A stretch of 43,157 nucleotides of DNA from an uncultured Gammaproteobacteria bacterium (GTDB lineage: Bacteria > Patescibacteriota > Microgenomatia > UBA12405). Each line of letters opens with the position of its first letter. Positions within the stretch are counted from its first letter, which is position 1. Positions 17,409-25,343 of this stretch are shown here, piece after piece. The notes under the pieces were generated by a model that saw only the letters and a program-made list of their open reading frames with translations, searched no databases and had not been told where the DNA came from. Location of the stretch: NCBI GenBank assembly GCA_964448065.1, contig CAYUUU010000001.1, positions 1-43,157 of the forward strand, given 5' to 3'. Both the position numbers and the translations under genes were made by a program.

Positions 17409-18734
17409 TTATTTTTTAAAAAATAAAATCGAAGAGAAAAATAAAACAGTTGAAATAATTATTAAGAGTAGAGTTGGAATAAAATTTCCAGTTACAGGAA
17501 CGCCTGAACTGGTGCTAGGACGAGTTGTTCTGGAACTGGTGGCAGTAGGATTAAGAGTAATGACTGGAATTTTGGTTGGAACTAAAGTTGGAGATAAAGT
17601 AGGTGTTGTAGTAGGTAAAGATGTTGGGGTAGGGGTGACTTTAGTAGCTGATGATGAGGCCGAAAAAGCAGTGTTATTATCAGCAGCTAGAACTACAAAT
17701 TTTTTAGAAATAGTTTTTAAAACTCCGTTTTCGGTAGTAGTAACAGTAATAGTGTGTTCTCCCGGAGTTAAATCTGATGAAGGTGACCAGTTCCATGAAC
17801 CATCACTATTGGCAGTAACTTCACCGTTGTAAACAGTGTCTGAATGAATTTCAATTTTAATTTTTGAATTTGATGGAGCTGTACCAAAAAAATCTGGTTT
17901 TTGAGTTGATAAATTTTCATTATCTTTTGGATTTAAAATGTCTAAACTTTTAGACGAAGCTACTGGAGTAACTGAATTTAATGATCCAGTATCTGGAAGT
18001 TTGGAAGTGTCAACAGTAATCGAAGAAAAATTATTTTGACCCAGAATAATATCAGGAACAGAATTGTTGCGACTAGTATTACCAGTAATTTGAGTTGATG
18101 GTTGGTCTTGAGCAATAACAATTATTTCTTCATCAATATTTAAAGGAGCAGTAAACCAACTAGTTTTAGCTTGGTTTAGACTATTGGCTAAGGAGATATC
18201 CCAATTACCAGATGATGTAACTAGAGCTGATAATGGATAAGCACCAGGGATGTTTAAATAAACAATAGCCTCGGAAGCTGGTTTTAAATCGGGAGTAAAA
18301 ACTCGACCCCAAGCTAAACGAGAAGATTGAACCGATTCGTTAATTTTATTGGCAGTTTTAATTGTGTAATTATTATTTTCATAACGTTTTCCGTCGCTAA
18401 TAATTGCATAAGGCAAATCTGAACTTTCTTTTAAATTTTCTAATTCAAAATAATGAACTTTACTTTTTATTTCTTGAGACGAAGTAGCTCTTTTATCTTG
18501 ATAAATTTGGTTATTAACTGAAACAGTTGAAGAACAAACAGATGTGGTTGTAAAAGAAATTACAGCTGATTTATCGGTAATATTGGTTATTTGAGGATTG
18601 ATTGGCTGACAATCCCCACTGGCTTTGGTAAGAGTATTGGCTCCCTGGCGATTAGTTAAAATAAAACCACCAACAATTCCCCCAAAAAGTAAAACTAAAC
18701 CTAAAATTGAAGGAATTTTAAATTCTTTAATCAT
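17409..18734 (-). CDS. surface protein with N-terminal TM/signal anchor, Ig/Fn3-like domains, Thr/Pro-rich stalk and an LPXTG-like C-terminal sorting signal
   Basis: C-terminus VPVTGN, then about 23 hydrophobic residues, then KK. Stalk TPTPTSLPTTTPTLSPTLVPT. Ig-like GEVTANSDGSWNWSPSSDLTPGEHTITV. Confidence 0.55.
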   Translation of the reverse strand: MIKEFKIPSILGLVLLFGGIVGGFILTNRQGANTLTKASGDCQPINPQITNITDKSAVISFTTTSVCSSTVSVNNQIYQDKRATSSQEIKSKVHYFELENLKESSDLPYAIISDGKRYENNNYTIKTANKINESVQSSRLAWGRVFTPDLKPASEAIVYLNIPGAYPLSALVTSSGNWDISLANSLNQAKTSWFTAPLNIDEEIIVIAQDQPSTQITGNTSRNNSVPDIILGQNNFSSITVDTSKLPDTGSLNSVTPVASSKSLDILNPKDNENLSTQKPDFFGTAPSNSKIKIEIHSDTVYNGEVTANSDGSWNWSPSSDLTPGEHTITVTTTENGVLKTISKKFVVLAADNNTAFSASSSATKVTPTPTSLPTTTPTLSPTLVPTKIPVITLNPTATSSRTTRPSTSSGVPVTGNFIPTLLLIIISTVLFFSSILFFKK

Positions 18735-18735
18735 A

Positions 18736-19035
18736 TTAATTTGGAATAGGAGTAACGATTAGGGCAGAATTGGTAGAAACTGGCGTTGGAGTGATAGGAT
18801 TTTCTGGTTCAACAATTAACCCACCAGTTGAACTTTCAGGACGATTTTCAATTTCGGTTAAAACATCCAAATCTAAAGTTGGATTAATAGGAGAGAGTAA
18901 AGTATTTGATTGAATATTTGATTGAGGAACAGACACTAGATTAGTATAACTTTTTTGAACCAAAACAACCAAGACGGTTATTAAAGTTAAAATCGAAATA
19001 AAAATGAAATAAAAAGAAAATTTTATTTTATTCAT
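18736..19035 (-). CDS. small single-pass membrane protein (99 aa)
   Basis: One N-terminal TM and a Pro-rich tail. Start and stop are coupled to neighbours. Confidence 0.5.
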   Translation of the reverse strand: MNKIKFSFYFIFISILTLITVLVVLVQKSYTNLVSVPQSNIQSNTLLSPINPTLDLDVLTEIENRPESSTGGLIVEPENPITPTPVSTNSALIVTPIPN

Positions 19036-19645
19036 TTTCTATTGGTAAATAATGTAAATCACTAATAAGACTAACACTTAAACCCGCATTATTGGAATTA
19101 TTTGATTTACTAATTTGAATTTTATTTAAATCAACTAGTCGACGATTATTTAAAAATTGTTTGACCATTTTTAGAATATCTGAATATTGACCAACACCAT
19201 TAATATCAACAATATAAGTTTTGTCTTTATTGTCTTGATTGGAATTATCGTTATTTTCAATATCAAAAGATAAATTAGTAAGTTTAATTGAATTATTGGC
19301 AAAAGAAGAAGCAAGGGAACTGGCACCTTTGTAATAATTTGGATTTGAAGGAAAACTGGATTCTATTAAATCGTATTTTTCTTGAACGTTAGCGTAAACC
19401 TCTTGGGCTTTAAGAATATTACTAATTTTAGTATCCATCTGAGCAACAGTTGCTTGTTTAGTTTTAATATCACCCAATAATTTGGAAATTGTAGTAATGG
19501 TTGGAAAAACAGCAAAAATAAGAAAAACAATAATTAAAGTAAAAGTTGCAGAAATTTCTAAATAGTTGAGAAATTTTTTATTTTCCGCCTGATCTCGAAG
19601 ATATTTATAGAGAGAATGAAGTTGAAGCCAAGATTTATTTTCCAT
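19028..19645 (-). CDS. PilO-like bitopic membrane protein
   Basis: Topology only: short cytoplasmic N-terminus, one TM (FTLIIVFLIFAVFPTITTI), a coiled coil, then an alpha/beta domain. Overlaps the PilN-like gene. Confidence 0.4.
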   Translation of the reverse strand: MENKSWLQLHSLYKYLRDQAENKKFLNYLEISATFTLIIVFLIFAVFPTITTISKLLGDIKTKQATVAQMDTKISNILKAQEVYANVQEKYDLIESSFPSNPNYYKGASSLASSFANNSIKLTNLSFDIENNDNSNQDNKDKTYIVDINGVGQYSDILKMVKQFLNNRRLVDLNKIQISKSNNSNNAGLSVSLISDLHYLPIENE

Positions 19646-20210
19646 TAGTTTTTGTTGGATTAAAAATTAAGCTAACAAGAACATCATATTGATTTTCTTT
19701 TGGTTTTTTTTCTATGCGTTTGATGTCAACTTGTTGAATGTCTGGATTGACCATTAGATTGGTAATAAAGTTGACGATAATATCTTCACGATAGGAGACA
19801 AGATTAGAATTAACAATTGTTTGGAGGGTTTTTTCGTCTTGAGTTAAGGTTATATCTTTGTAATAAATTTCTTCGGGAGTGCTTTTAATAAGGGAGGTTA
19901 ATTGTTGATCGTACTTTGGTTGATTACTATAAAAAAGTTTAATCGATGATAATTTTTGCTGAAGTTGTTTGAATTGAGATTCAAAATCCTGAGTACTTTG
20001 AAGAATAGCTGTTTTTTGTCTTAGGGTTTCAGAAAGGTCAGAATTTTTTCGATCTAACCAAAAACGAGAAATAAAAGCACACACCACTATTAGTTCTGTA
20101 AATATAATTATGACTCTACCACTGGTGGTTGACCATTTAATAATACGTGAACTGAGTGAATTAGGATTTTCGGAATTTGGTAACAAAGAAACTTCCTTTT
20201 TGACAGCCAT
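19635..20210 (-). CDS. PilN-like bitopic membrane protein
   Basis: N-terminal EVSLLPN resembles the conserved PilN INLLP motif. This is followed by one TM, a coiled coil and an alpha/beta domain. Confidence 0.45.
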   Translation of the reverse strand: MAVKKEVSLLPNSENPNSLSSRIIKWSTTSGRVIIIFTELIVVCAFISRFWLDRKNSDLSETLRQKTAILQSTQDFESQFKQLQQKLSSIKLFYSNQPKYDQQLTSLIKSTPEEIYYKDITLTQDEKTLQTIVNSNLVSYREDIIVNFITNLMVNPDIQQVDIKRIEKKPKENQYDVLVSLIFNPTKTNGK

Positions 20211-20227
20211 ATATTAAGTATATACGA

Positions 20228-21841
20228 CTATCTTTTAAAAATAAAACTTCTTATTTTTAAAAGATGTTTTTGGTATTCAAACAATTCTTCGATTTTAAGA
20301 AAATAGGAACAAAAAATAAAAGTTATTAATCCAACTAAAGAAGAAATTATCATTAAAATTAAAACCGGTAGAGTACGAGAGGTGTTTAGAACAAAAATAT
20401 CTAAAAACTTAATTGATAGCCAGGAACTTATACCCATAAAGATAGTAGATAAAACAATTTTATAAAATTTAATTAGATTACTTTTCCAATCGATACCATC
20501 TACTGTTTTAACAAAAATAAACAATAAACCAAATAATTGAACTAAATTACCAACGGAAGAGCTAACAGCTAATCCAATAACTCCAAAATTAGTGTAATTA
20601 ACAAAGTAAAAACTACTAACAATATTAGTAAAAAGAGAAATTAAGGAAATAAAAAATGGAACTTTAGTATTGTGAAGAGCATAGAAAGCTCGAATTAAAA
20701 TTTGAATTAATGCCTGACAAATTATGCCTGGAATTAAAAAGGCCAAAATCCTGGCGGTTAAAACTGTAGCTGACCAAGGAAATTCTCTTGATCCATACAA
20801 AATACGAATAATGGAGAGCCTTTCGGTAAGAATTAAAGCTGAAATTGGAAGAGCAATAAATAAACTTTGAAGAATAATTTTATTAACTGTATCTCTGAAT
20901 TTATGTAATTCATTTTCGGCCACATTTTTAGAAAGAAGTGGAAGAGAGGCTTGACCAATAGTAGTACCAAAAATACGACTAGGTAAATACATAAATTGCA
21001 AAGCTAAATTGAGAAGAGAAATAGAACCAGCAGCTAAGGAAGAGGCAAAAAATAAAGTAATAGTGCTTTCGATCTCTCCTAAACCCAAAGAGAGAACTCG
21101 AGGAACCATAAGAACAAAAACTTCTTTAACCCCTTTTATTTTGAAATTAATTTTTTGGGAATAAACAAAACCCAATCGTTTTAAAACTGGAATTTGAATA
21201 GCAAAATGAAAAAAAGCACCAACAATAGCACCATAAACAACTCCATAGATTCCAAATAAAGGAGAGAGAGTAATAATGCCAATAATTATAAAAAAGTTAT
21301 AAACGATAGGGGAAAGAGCTGGAACTATAAATATTTGATTAACTTGCAAAATAGCAGTAATAAAATTACTTAAAAGAAAGAATATTTGAGCAATTAAAAG
21401 AATACGGCTAAGGTTAGCCATAAGAATTAATTGATCTGGAGTAAAACCAGCAGCAATTAATTTGGTGATTGGAGTAATAAAGATAAAAGTAACAACAGAA
21501 ATAATAGTAAAAGCAATTAGAAGAATATTGATAACTGTAGAAGCAAGTTCGTCGGCAACTTTTTTATTTTTGTGAAGATAACTGGAAAAGACTGGAATAA
21601 AAGAAGAAGATAAAACACCAGTAACTAATAATTTAAAAATTAAATCAGGAATTCTAAAAGCAGCATTGTAAACATCGAGTTGAGCCATGCAACAGGAATA
21701 AAAACGAGCATAGAGAAAACGATTTCTAAGTAAACCAAGGATAGAGGAAATACCGAAAGTAATAGCTAAAACCAAAGAGGCCGACAAAATAGTACTTTGT
21801 TTTTTTTGACTAATTAATTGGATTCTCTCTTTGAAGGTCAT
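20228..21841 (-). CDS. murJ: lipid II flippase MurJ/MviN
   Basis: Typical N-terminus (SSILGLLRNRFLYARF...DVYNAAFRIPDLIFKLL...SSSFIPVF), 14-TM-type protein. I prefer the start at MTFKERIQ (21841) over the TTG at 21895. Confidence 0.85.
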   Translation of the reverse strand: MTFKERIQLISQKKQSTILSASLVLAITFGISSILGLLRNRFLYARFYSCCMAQLDVYNAAFRIPDLIFKLLVTGVLSSSFIPVFSSYLHKNKKVADELASTVINILLIAFTIISVVTFIFITPITKLIAAGFTPDQLILMANLSRILLIAQIFFLLSNFITAILQVNQIFIVPALSPIVYNFFIIIGIITLSPLFGIYGVVYGAIVGAFFHFAIQIPVLKRLGFVYSQKINFKIKGVKEVFVLMVPRVLSLGLGEIESTITLFFASSLAAGSISLLNLALQFMYLPSRIFGTTIGQASLPLLSKNVAENELHKFRDTVNKIILQSLFIALPISALILTERLSIIRILYGSREFPWSATVLTARILAFLIPGIICQALIQILIRAFYALHNTKVPFFISLISLFTNIVSSFYFVNYTNFGVIGLAVSSSVGNLVQLFGLLFIFVKTVDGIDWKSNLIKFYKIVLSTIFMGISSWLSIKFLDIFVLNTSRTLPVLILMIISSLVGLITFIFCSYFLKIEELFEYQKHLLKIRSFIFKR

Positions 21842-21950
21842 GAATTGAATTATAACTTGATTATCAACTAAATTGAAACATTTTTTAAGGGGCAAATAAA
21901 AAGATAATTAATAGTTGCAGAAAATAAACAGATAAGATAGAATATTGCTC

Positions 21951-22271
21951 ATGCCAATCAGTTTATCTGCAAAAAAATCATTAAGAAAATCAGTAAAGAA
22001 TCATAAAGACAATGTTTCTTTCAAAAACACGTTAAAAACTACTGTTAAAAAGTTTTTAGCTAAGCCAACTGCTGAATCTTTAAAAGAAGTCTATTCTTTT
22101 TTAGATAAAGCTGTTAAAAGAAATTTGTTTCATAAAAATAAAGCTGATCGTTTAAAATCTAACTATTCTAAAAAAGTTGGAGGAGAAGCGGTTAAGGCTG
22201 TGGTTAAGAAAAAACCTACCAATAAAAAAGTAGTTAAAAAAGTAACCAAAAAAACTAGTAAAAAAATGTAA
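21951..22271 (+). CDS. rpsT: 30S ribosomal protein S20 with a Lys-rich C-terminal extension
   Basis: MPISLSAKKSLRKSVKNHKDNVSFKNTLKTTVKKF is canonical S20. The tail is KKKPTNKKVVKKVTKKTSKKM. Confidence 0.85.
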   Translation: MPISLSAKKSLRKSVKNHKDNVSFKNTLKTTVKKFLAKPTAESLKEVYSFLDKAVKRNLFHKNKADRLKSNYSKKVGGEAVKAVVKKKPTNKKVVKKVTKKTSKKM

Positions 22272-22313
22272 TAGCCACAGAAGTTTGGATTTATCCAAAT
22301 AATGTGGCAAAAT

Positions 22314-22349
22314 AAGGGTATCTTTAAAAAGATACCCTTTTTGTTTTTT
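22314..22349 (+). terminator. rho-independent terminator after rpsT
   Basis: Stem AAGGGTATCTT / AAGATACCCTT followed by TTTTTGTTTTTT. It lies inside the 5' extension of the track metG ORF, which supports the metG start at 22374. Confidence 0.7.
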
Positions 22350-22373
22350 AATATTAATTTAGAATCTAAATTT

Positions 22374-23792
22374 ATGAAAAAATTTTTTATTACTACCCCA
22401 ATTTATTACATTAACGATATTCCTCATATTGGACATACCTGTACAACTGTGGCCGCTGATGTAATTGCCAGATTACATAGACTTAAACAAGAAGAAGTTT
22501 TCTTTTTAACAGGAACTGATGAACATGGCCAAAAAGTAGCTGAAACTGCTGAAAAAGAAGGCTTGGATGTAAAAGAATATTGTGACAAAATATCTCCAAG
22601 ATTTCAGGAAGCTTGGAAAGCTTTAAATATTAGTTTTGATTTTTTTATTAGGACTACTGATCCAAGACACGAAAAAATAGTTAGTGATATTTTACAAAAG
22701 ATTTATGATAACGGAGATGTTTATAAAGCTAAATATGAAGGTTTATATTGTATTGGTTGCGAAAAATTTTTGACCGAAACAGATTTGGTTGATGGTCACT
22801 GTGGACTTCATCCACCAGAAAAAACAGTTCAAAAAAGTGAAGATAATTGGTTTTTTAGATTGAGTAAATATGTACCCCAAATTATTGAATTAATTGAGAA
22901 TGAAAAAACTAATTATATTTTTCCAGAAGGTAAACGCTCGGAAATATTGGCAAAACTAAAAGCTGGAATAAGAGATGTGTCTATTTCTAGGGAAAATGTG
23001 GCCTGGGGAATTCCGACTCCTTGGGATAAAAAACAAACTGTCTATGTGTGGTTTGATGCTTTGATAAATTATTACAGCGCCACTCAATTCTTGGAAGGCA
23101 AAAAAGATTTTTGGCCAGCTAATTTGCATTTGTTGGGAAAAGAAATTTTATGGTTTCACACTGTAATTTGGCAAGCAATGTTACTATCAGCAAAGATTGA
23201 ACTTCCTATAAAAACTTATACTCATAGTTTTTATATGATTGATGGCCAAAAAATGTCTAAATCTTTGGGAAATGTAATTTCACCACAACAATTAAGAGAA
23301 AATTTTGGAATTGATGGAGCCAGATATTTGATTGCAACTTCTTTTCCAACTGAAAATGATAGTGATGTGGGAATTGAAAGATTTAAGGAAAAATATAATG
23401 CTGATTTGGCCAATAATTTGGGAAATTTAGTTTCAAGAGTGTCGAAGTTGGCTGAAGGCCAATCTTCCCCCAACCCCTTCTTTGACAAGACGGGGAGTCT
23501 TGATATTGAGTTTGAAAAGTTGATTGATGAAGTTAAATTTGATCAAGCTATCCAATTTGTTTTTGATAAATGGATTAACAGTTCTAATTTAAAATTAAAT
23601 CAGGAAACTCCATGGAAATTAGATAAAGAAGATTCTAAAAGAAAAGCGGTTTTGAATGAATGTATTAACAATATCAAACTAGCGGCTTTCCATTTGCAAA
23701 TTGTGATGCCAGAAACTGCCGAAAATATTTTAAATTGTTTTGAAAATACAGTTAAACCACTAGAAACAGGATTATTCCCAAGAATAAAATAA
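22374..23792 (+). CDS. metG: methionyl-tRNA synthetase (short form, no C-terminal tRNA-binding domain)
   Basis: HIGH motif (PHIGHT), KMSKS motif (KMSKSLGN), connective-peptide Cys knuckle CIGCEKF...HC. Confidence 0.9.
   Translation: MKKFFITTPIYYINDIPHIGHTCTTVAADVIARLHRLKQEEVFFLTGTDEHGQKVAETAEKEGLDVKEYCDKISPRFQEAWKALNISFDFFIRTTDPRHEKIVSDILQKIYDNGDVYKAKYEGLYCIGCEKFLTETDLVDGHCGLHPPEKTVQKSEDNWFFRLSKYVPQIIELIENEKTNYIFPEGKRSEILAKLKAGIRDVSISRENVAWGIPTPWDKKQTVYVWFDALINYYSATQFLEGKKDFWPANLHLLGKEILWFHTVIWQAMLLSAKIELPIKTYTHSFYMIDGQKMSKSLGNVISPQQLRENFGIDGARYLIATSFPTENDSDVGIERFKEKYNADLANNLGNLVSRVSKLAEGQSSPNPFFDKTGSLDIEFEKLIDEVKFDQAIQFVFDKWINSSNLKLNQETPWKLDKEDSKRKAVLNECINNIKLAAFHLQIVMPETAENILNCFENTVKPLETGLFPRIK
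23460..23495. repeat. GC-rich element CAATCTTCCCCCAACCCCTTCTTTGACAAGACGGGG inside metG
   Basis: Read directly. Translated in frame as QSSPNPFFDKTG. Same family as 36978-37011 and 42923-42957. Confidence 0.85.
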
Positions 23793-23800
23793 TTTTAAAG

Positions 23801-24109
23801 TTATTTTTCTCGGTGAATCCATTTTTTATCAATAGCTTCTTCTAAATTAATGCCTAAAAGATGGGCATTAACTATGGCCATTCCAATAACATCGGCTAAT
23901 TCTTTACCTAATTCTTGTTTGGATATTTCTTCAATTACGTATTTACTTTCTCGACACTTTTTCTGATGGATTAGAAGAGCTTGAGCAAATTCACCTACTT
24001 CTTCAAAAAGCTTAATTGCGGCAAAATCCTGAGTAAATTCAATTTGATGCCTTTTGCCATAATCAAAAGCATTTTTAACTATTTTTTGTTCTAGTATTTT
24101 GAAATTCAT
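23801..24109 (-). CDS. MazG-like nucleotide pyrophosphohydrolase domain protein
   Basis: 102 aa with EEVGEFAQA ... ELADVIGMAI helix-pair motifs. Confidence 0.5.
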   Translation of the reverse strand: MNFKILEQKIVKNAFDYGKRHQIEFTQDFAAIKLFEEVGEFAQALLIHQKKCRESKYVIEEISKQELGKELADVIGMAIVNAHLLGINLEEAIDKKWIHREK

Positions 24110-24136
24110 ATAAATTAAGTTAATATACCACTAATT

Positions 24137-24856
24137 ATGATAGATACACACGCTCACTTAGACCAGATATTGTGCGACGTTGATAGGGGAATAAATAAAA
24201 TAATTTTAGCAGCATCTAATTTGGAAAATTCTAAAAATAACCTATTGTTAGCCAAAAAACATCCATATATTTTATTGCCTGCAGTTGGAATACACCCTCA
24301 AGAAATTGAGTCGTCCCCTGCCGAACTTAAAAAAATAGTGGAAGAAAAATATAAAGATATAGTAGCAATTGGAGAATGTGGACTAGATTTTTCAAGCGAT
24401 TATGATGAAAAATATCAATTGAAAATTTTTAAAATGCAAATAGAATTGGCTGAAAAATATGAAAAACCACTAATAATCCATGCTAGAAAAGCAGTTGATA
24501 AAACAATAGAAATTTTAAAAAATTATAAAAACCTATCAGGGGTGTTTCATTGCTATGCTGGAGGAAATAAAAGAATTAAAAAATTAATTGATTTGGGACC
24601 AGGTTGGTTTTTTGGAATTGATGGAAACTTAACTTATGAAATTGGACTGGCCGAAGTAGTAAAAAATATCCCAATGGATAGATTATTGATTGAAACTGAT
24701 TCTCCTTACCTAACCCCAGTTCCATTTAAAGGTGAAACAAATAGTCCTAAAAATGTGCTTTATATTTATAAAAAAGTGGCCGAAATTTGGGATAAAAGCT
24801 TTGAAGAAACAGAAAAAATAATTGATGGGAATGCAAAGAAACTATTTGGATTTTAA
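24137..24856 (+). CDS. tatD: TatD-family metal-dependent hydrolase/DNase
   Basis: MIDTHAHLD, GECGLD, IIHAR, ETDSPYL. Confidence 0.85.
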   Translation: MIDTHAHLDQILCDVDRGINKIILAASNLENSKNNLLLAKKHPYILLPAVGIHPQEIESSPAELKKIVEEKYKDIVAIGECGLDFSSDYDEKYQLKIFKMQIELAEKYEKPLIIHARKAVDKTIEILKNYKNLSGVFHCYAGGNKRIKKLIDLGPGWFFGIDGNLTYEIGLAEVVKNIPMDRLLIETDSPYLTPVPFKGETNSPKNVLYIYKKVAEIWDKSFEETEKIIDGNAKKLFGF

Positions 24857-24858
24857 TT

Positions 24859-24915
24859 AAAACCCACCCACCCCGCAATGGCGGGGCACCCTCCCTTAAG
24901 TAATGGAGGGCGATT
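24859..24915. repeat. GC-rich two-hairpin element (AAAACCC head, CCCCGC-aatg-GCGGGG, CCCTCC-cttaagtaat-GGAGGG)
   Basis: Read directly. Starts 2 nt after the tatD stop. Confidence 0.8.
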
Positions 24916-24923
24916 TTTATATT

Positions 24924-24994
24924 AAAACCACTCAGTCCCGATAAATCGGGACACTTGCCTGACGGCAGGCAGGTCTCCCCTTGATGAAAGGGAG
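24924..24994. repeat. GC-rich three-hairpin element (GTCCCG-ataaa-TCGGGAC, CTTGCCTG-acgg-CAGGCAGG, CTCCCC-ttgatgaaa-GGGAG)
   Basis: Read directly. The middle hairpin (24954-24974) is a degenerate copy of the 22-nt palindrome at 2823 and 3772. Confidence 0.8.
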
Positions 24995-24999
24995 CAGTA

Positions 25000-25239
25000 T
25001 TATAAGTATTCGGAAATAAGCGATTCCAAATCTTTGAGTGAGGGAAATTTATCGACAAGAGCAATTTCATTATCGATTAAAAGCACGGTAGAGCCCTGGA
25101 TGCCCATATTAATTACTTTGGTCATATCTTTGACATACTCAGGATCATAATCAATTTGAAGCCTTTTACAAAGAGTTTCAATATTGGCAAATAATTCTTT
25201 ACCTTTTGGGGTTCCTCGATCAAAAAGTTGGATTTTCAT
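25000..25239 (-). CDS. Thioredoxin_3-like small protein lacking the CxxC redox motif
   Basis: 79 aa. The layout matches small redox-active disulfide protein 2 (MKI..GxGCxxC..), but the motif position reads DRGTPKGKEL. Confidence 0.5.
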   Translation of the reverse strand: MKIQLFDRGTPKGKELFANIETLCKRLQIDYDPEYVKDMTKVINMGIQGSTVLLIDNEIALVDKFPSLKDLESLISEYL

Positions 25240-25343
25240 ATGTTTATTATAAACCCTCTACTTTAATTGTTTTTATATTACCTGATTTTAAATTAGGTAA
25301 TAGAATTCGTTTTAGAAATTACTAAAATAGTTTATAATTCGAT

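Noticed and set aside
17395-17832. 145-aa + strand ORF with a Val/Gly-rich translation
   Set aside because: It is antisense to the Thr/Pro/Ser-rich stalk of the 441-aa surface protein. Codon-repeat regions stay open on the opposite strand. It has no independent signals.
24747-25070. 107-aa minus-strand ORF spanning the tatD end, the hairpin array and the thioredoxin-like gene end
   Set aside because: It is open only because the GC-rich repeat array lacks stop codons. It overlaps two better-supported genes.
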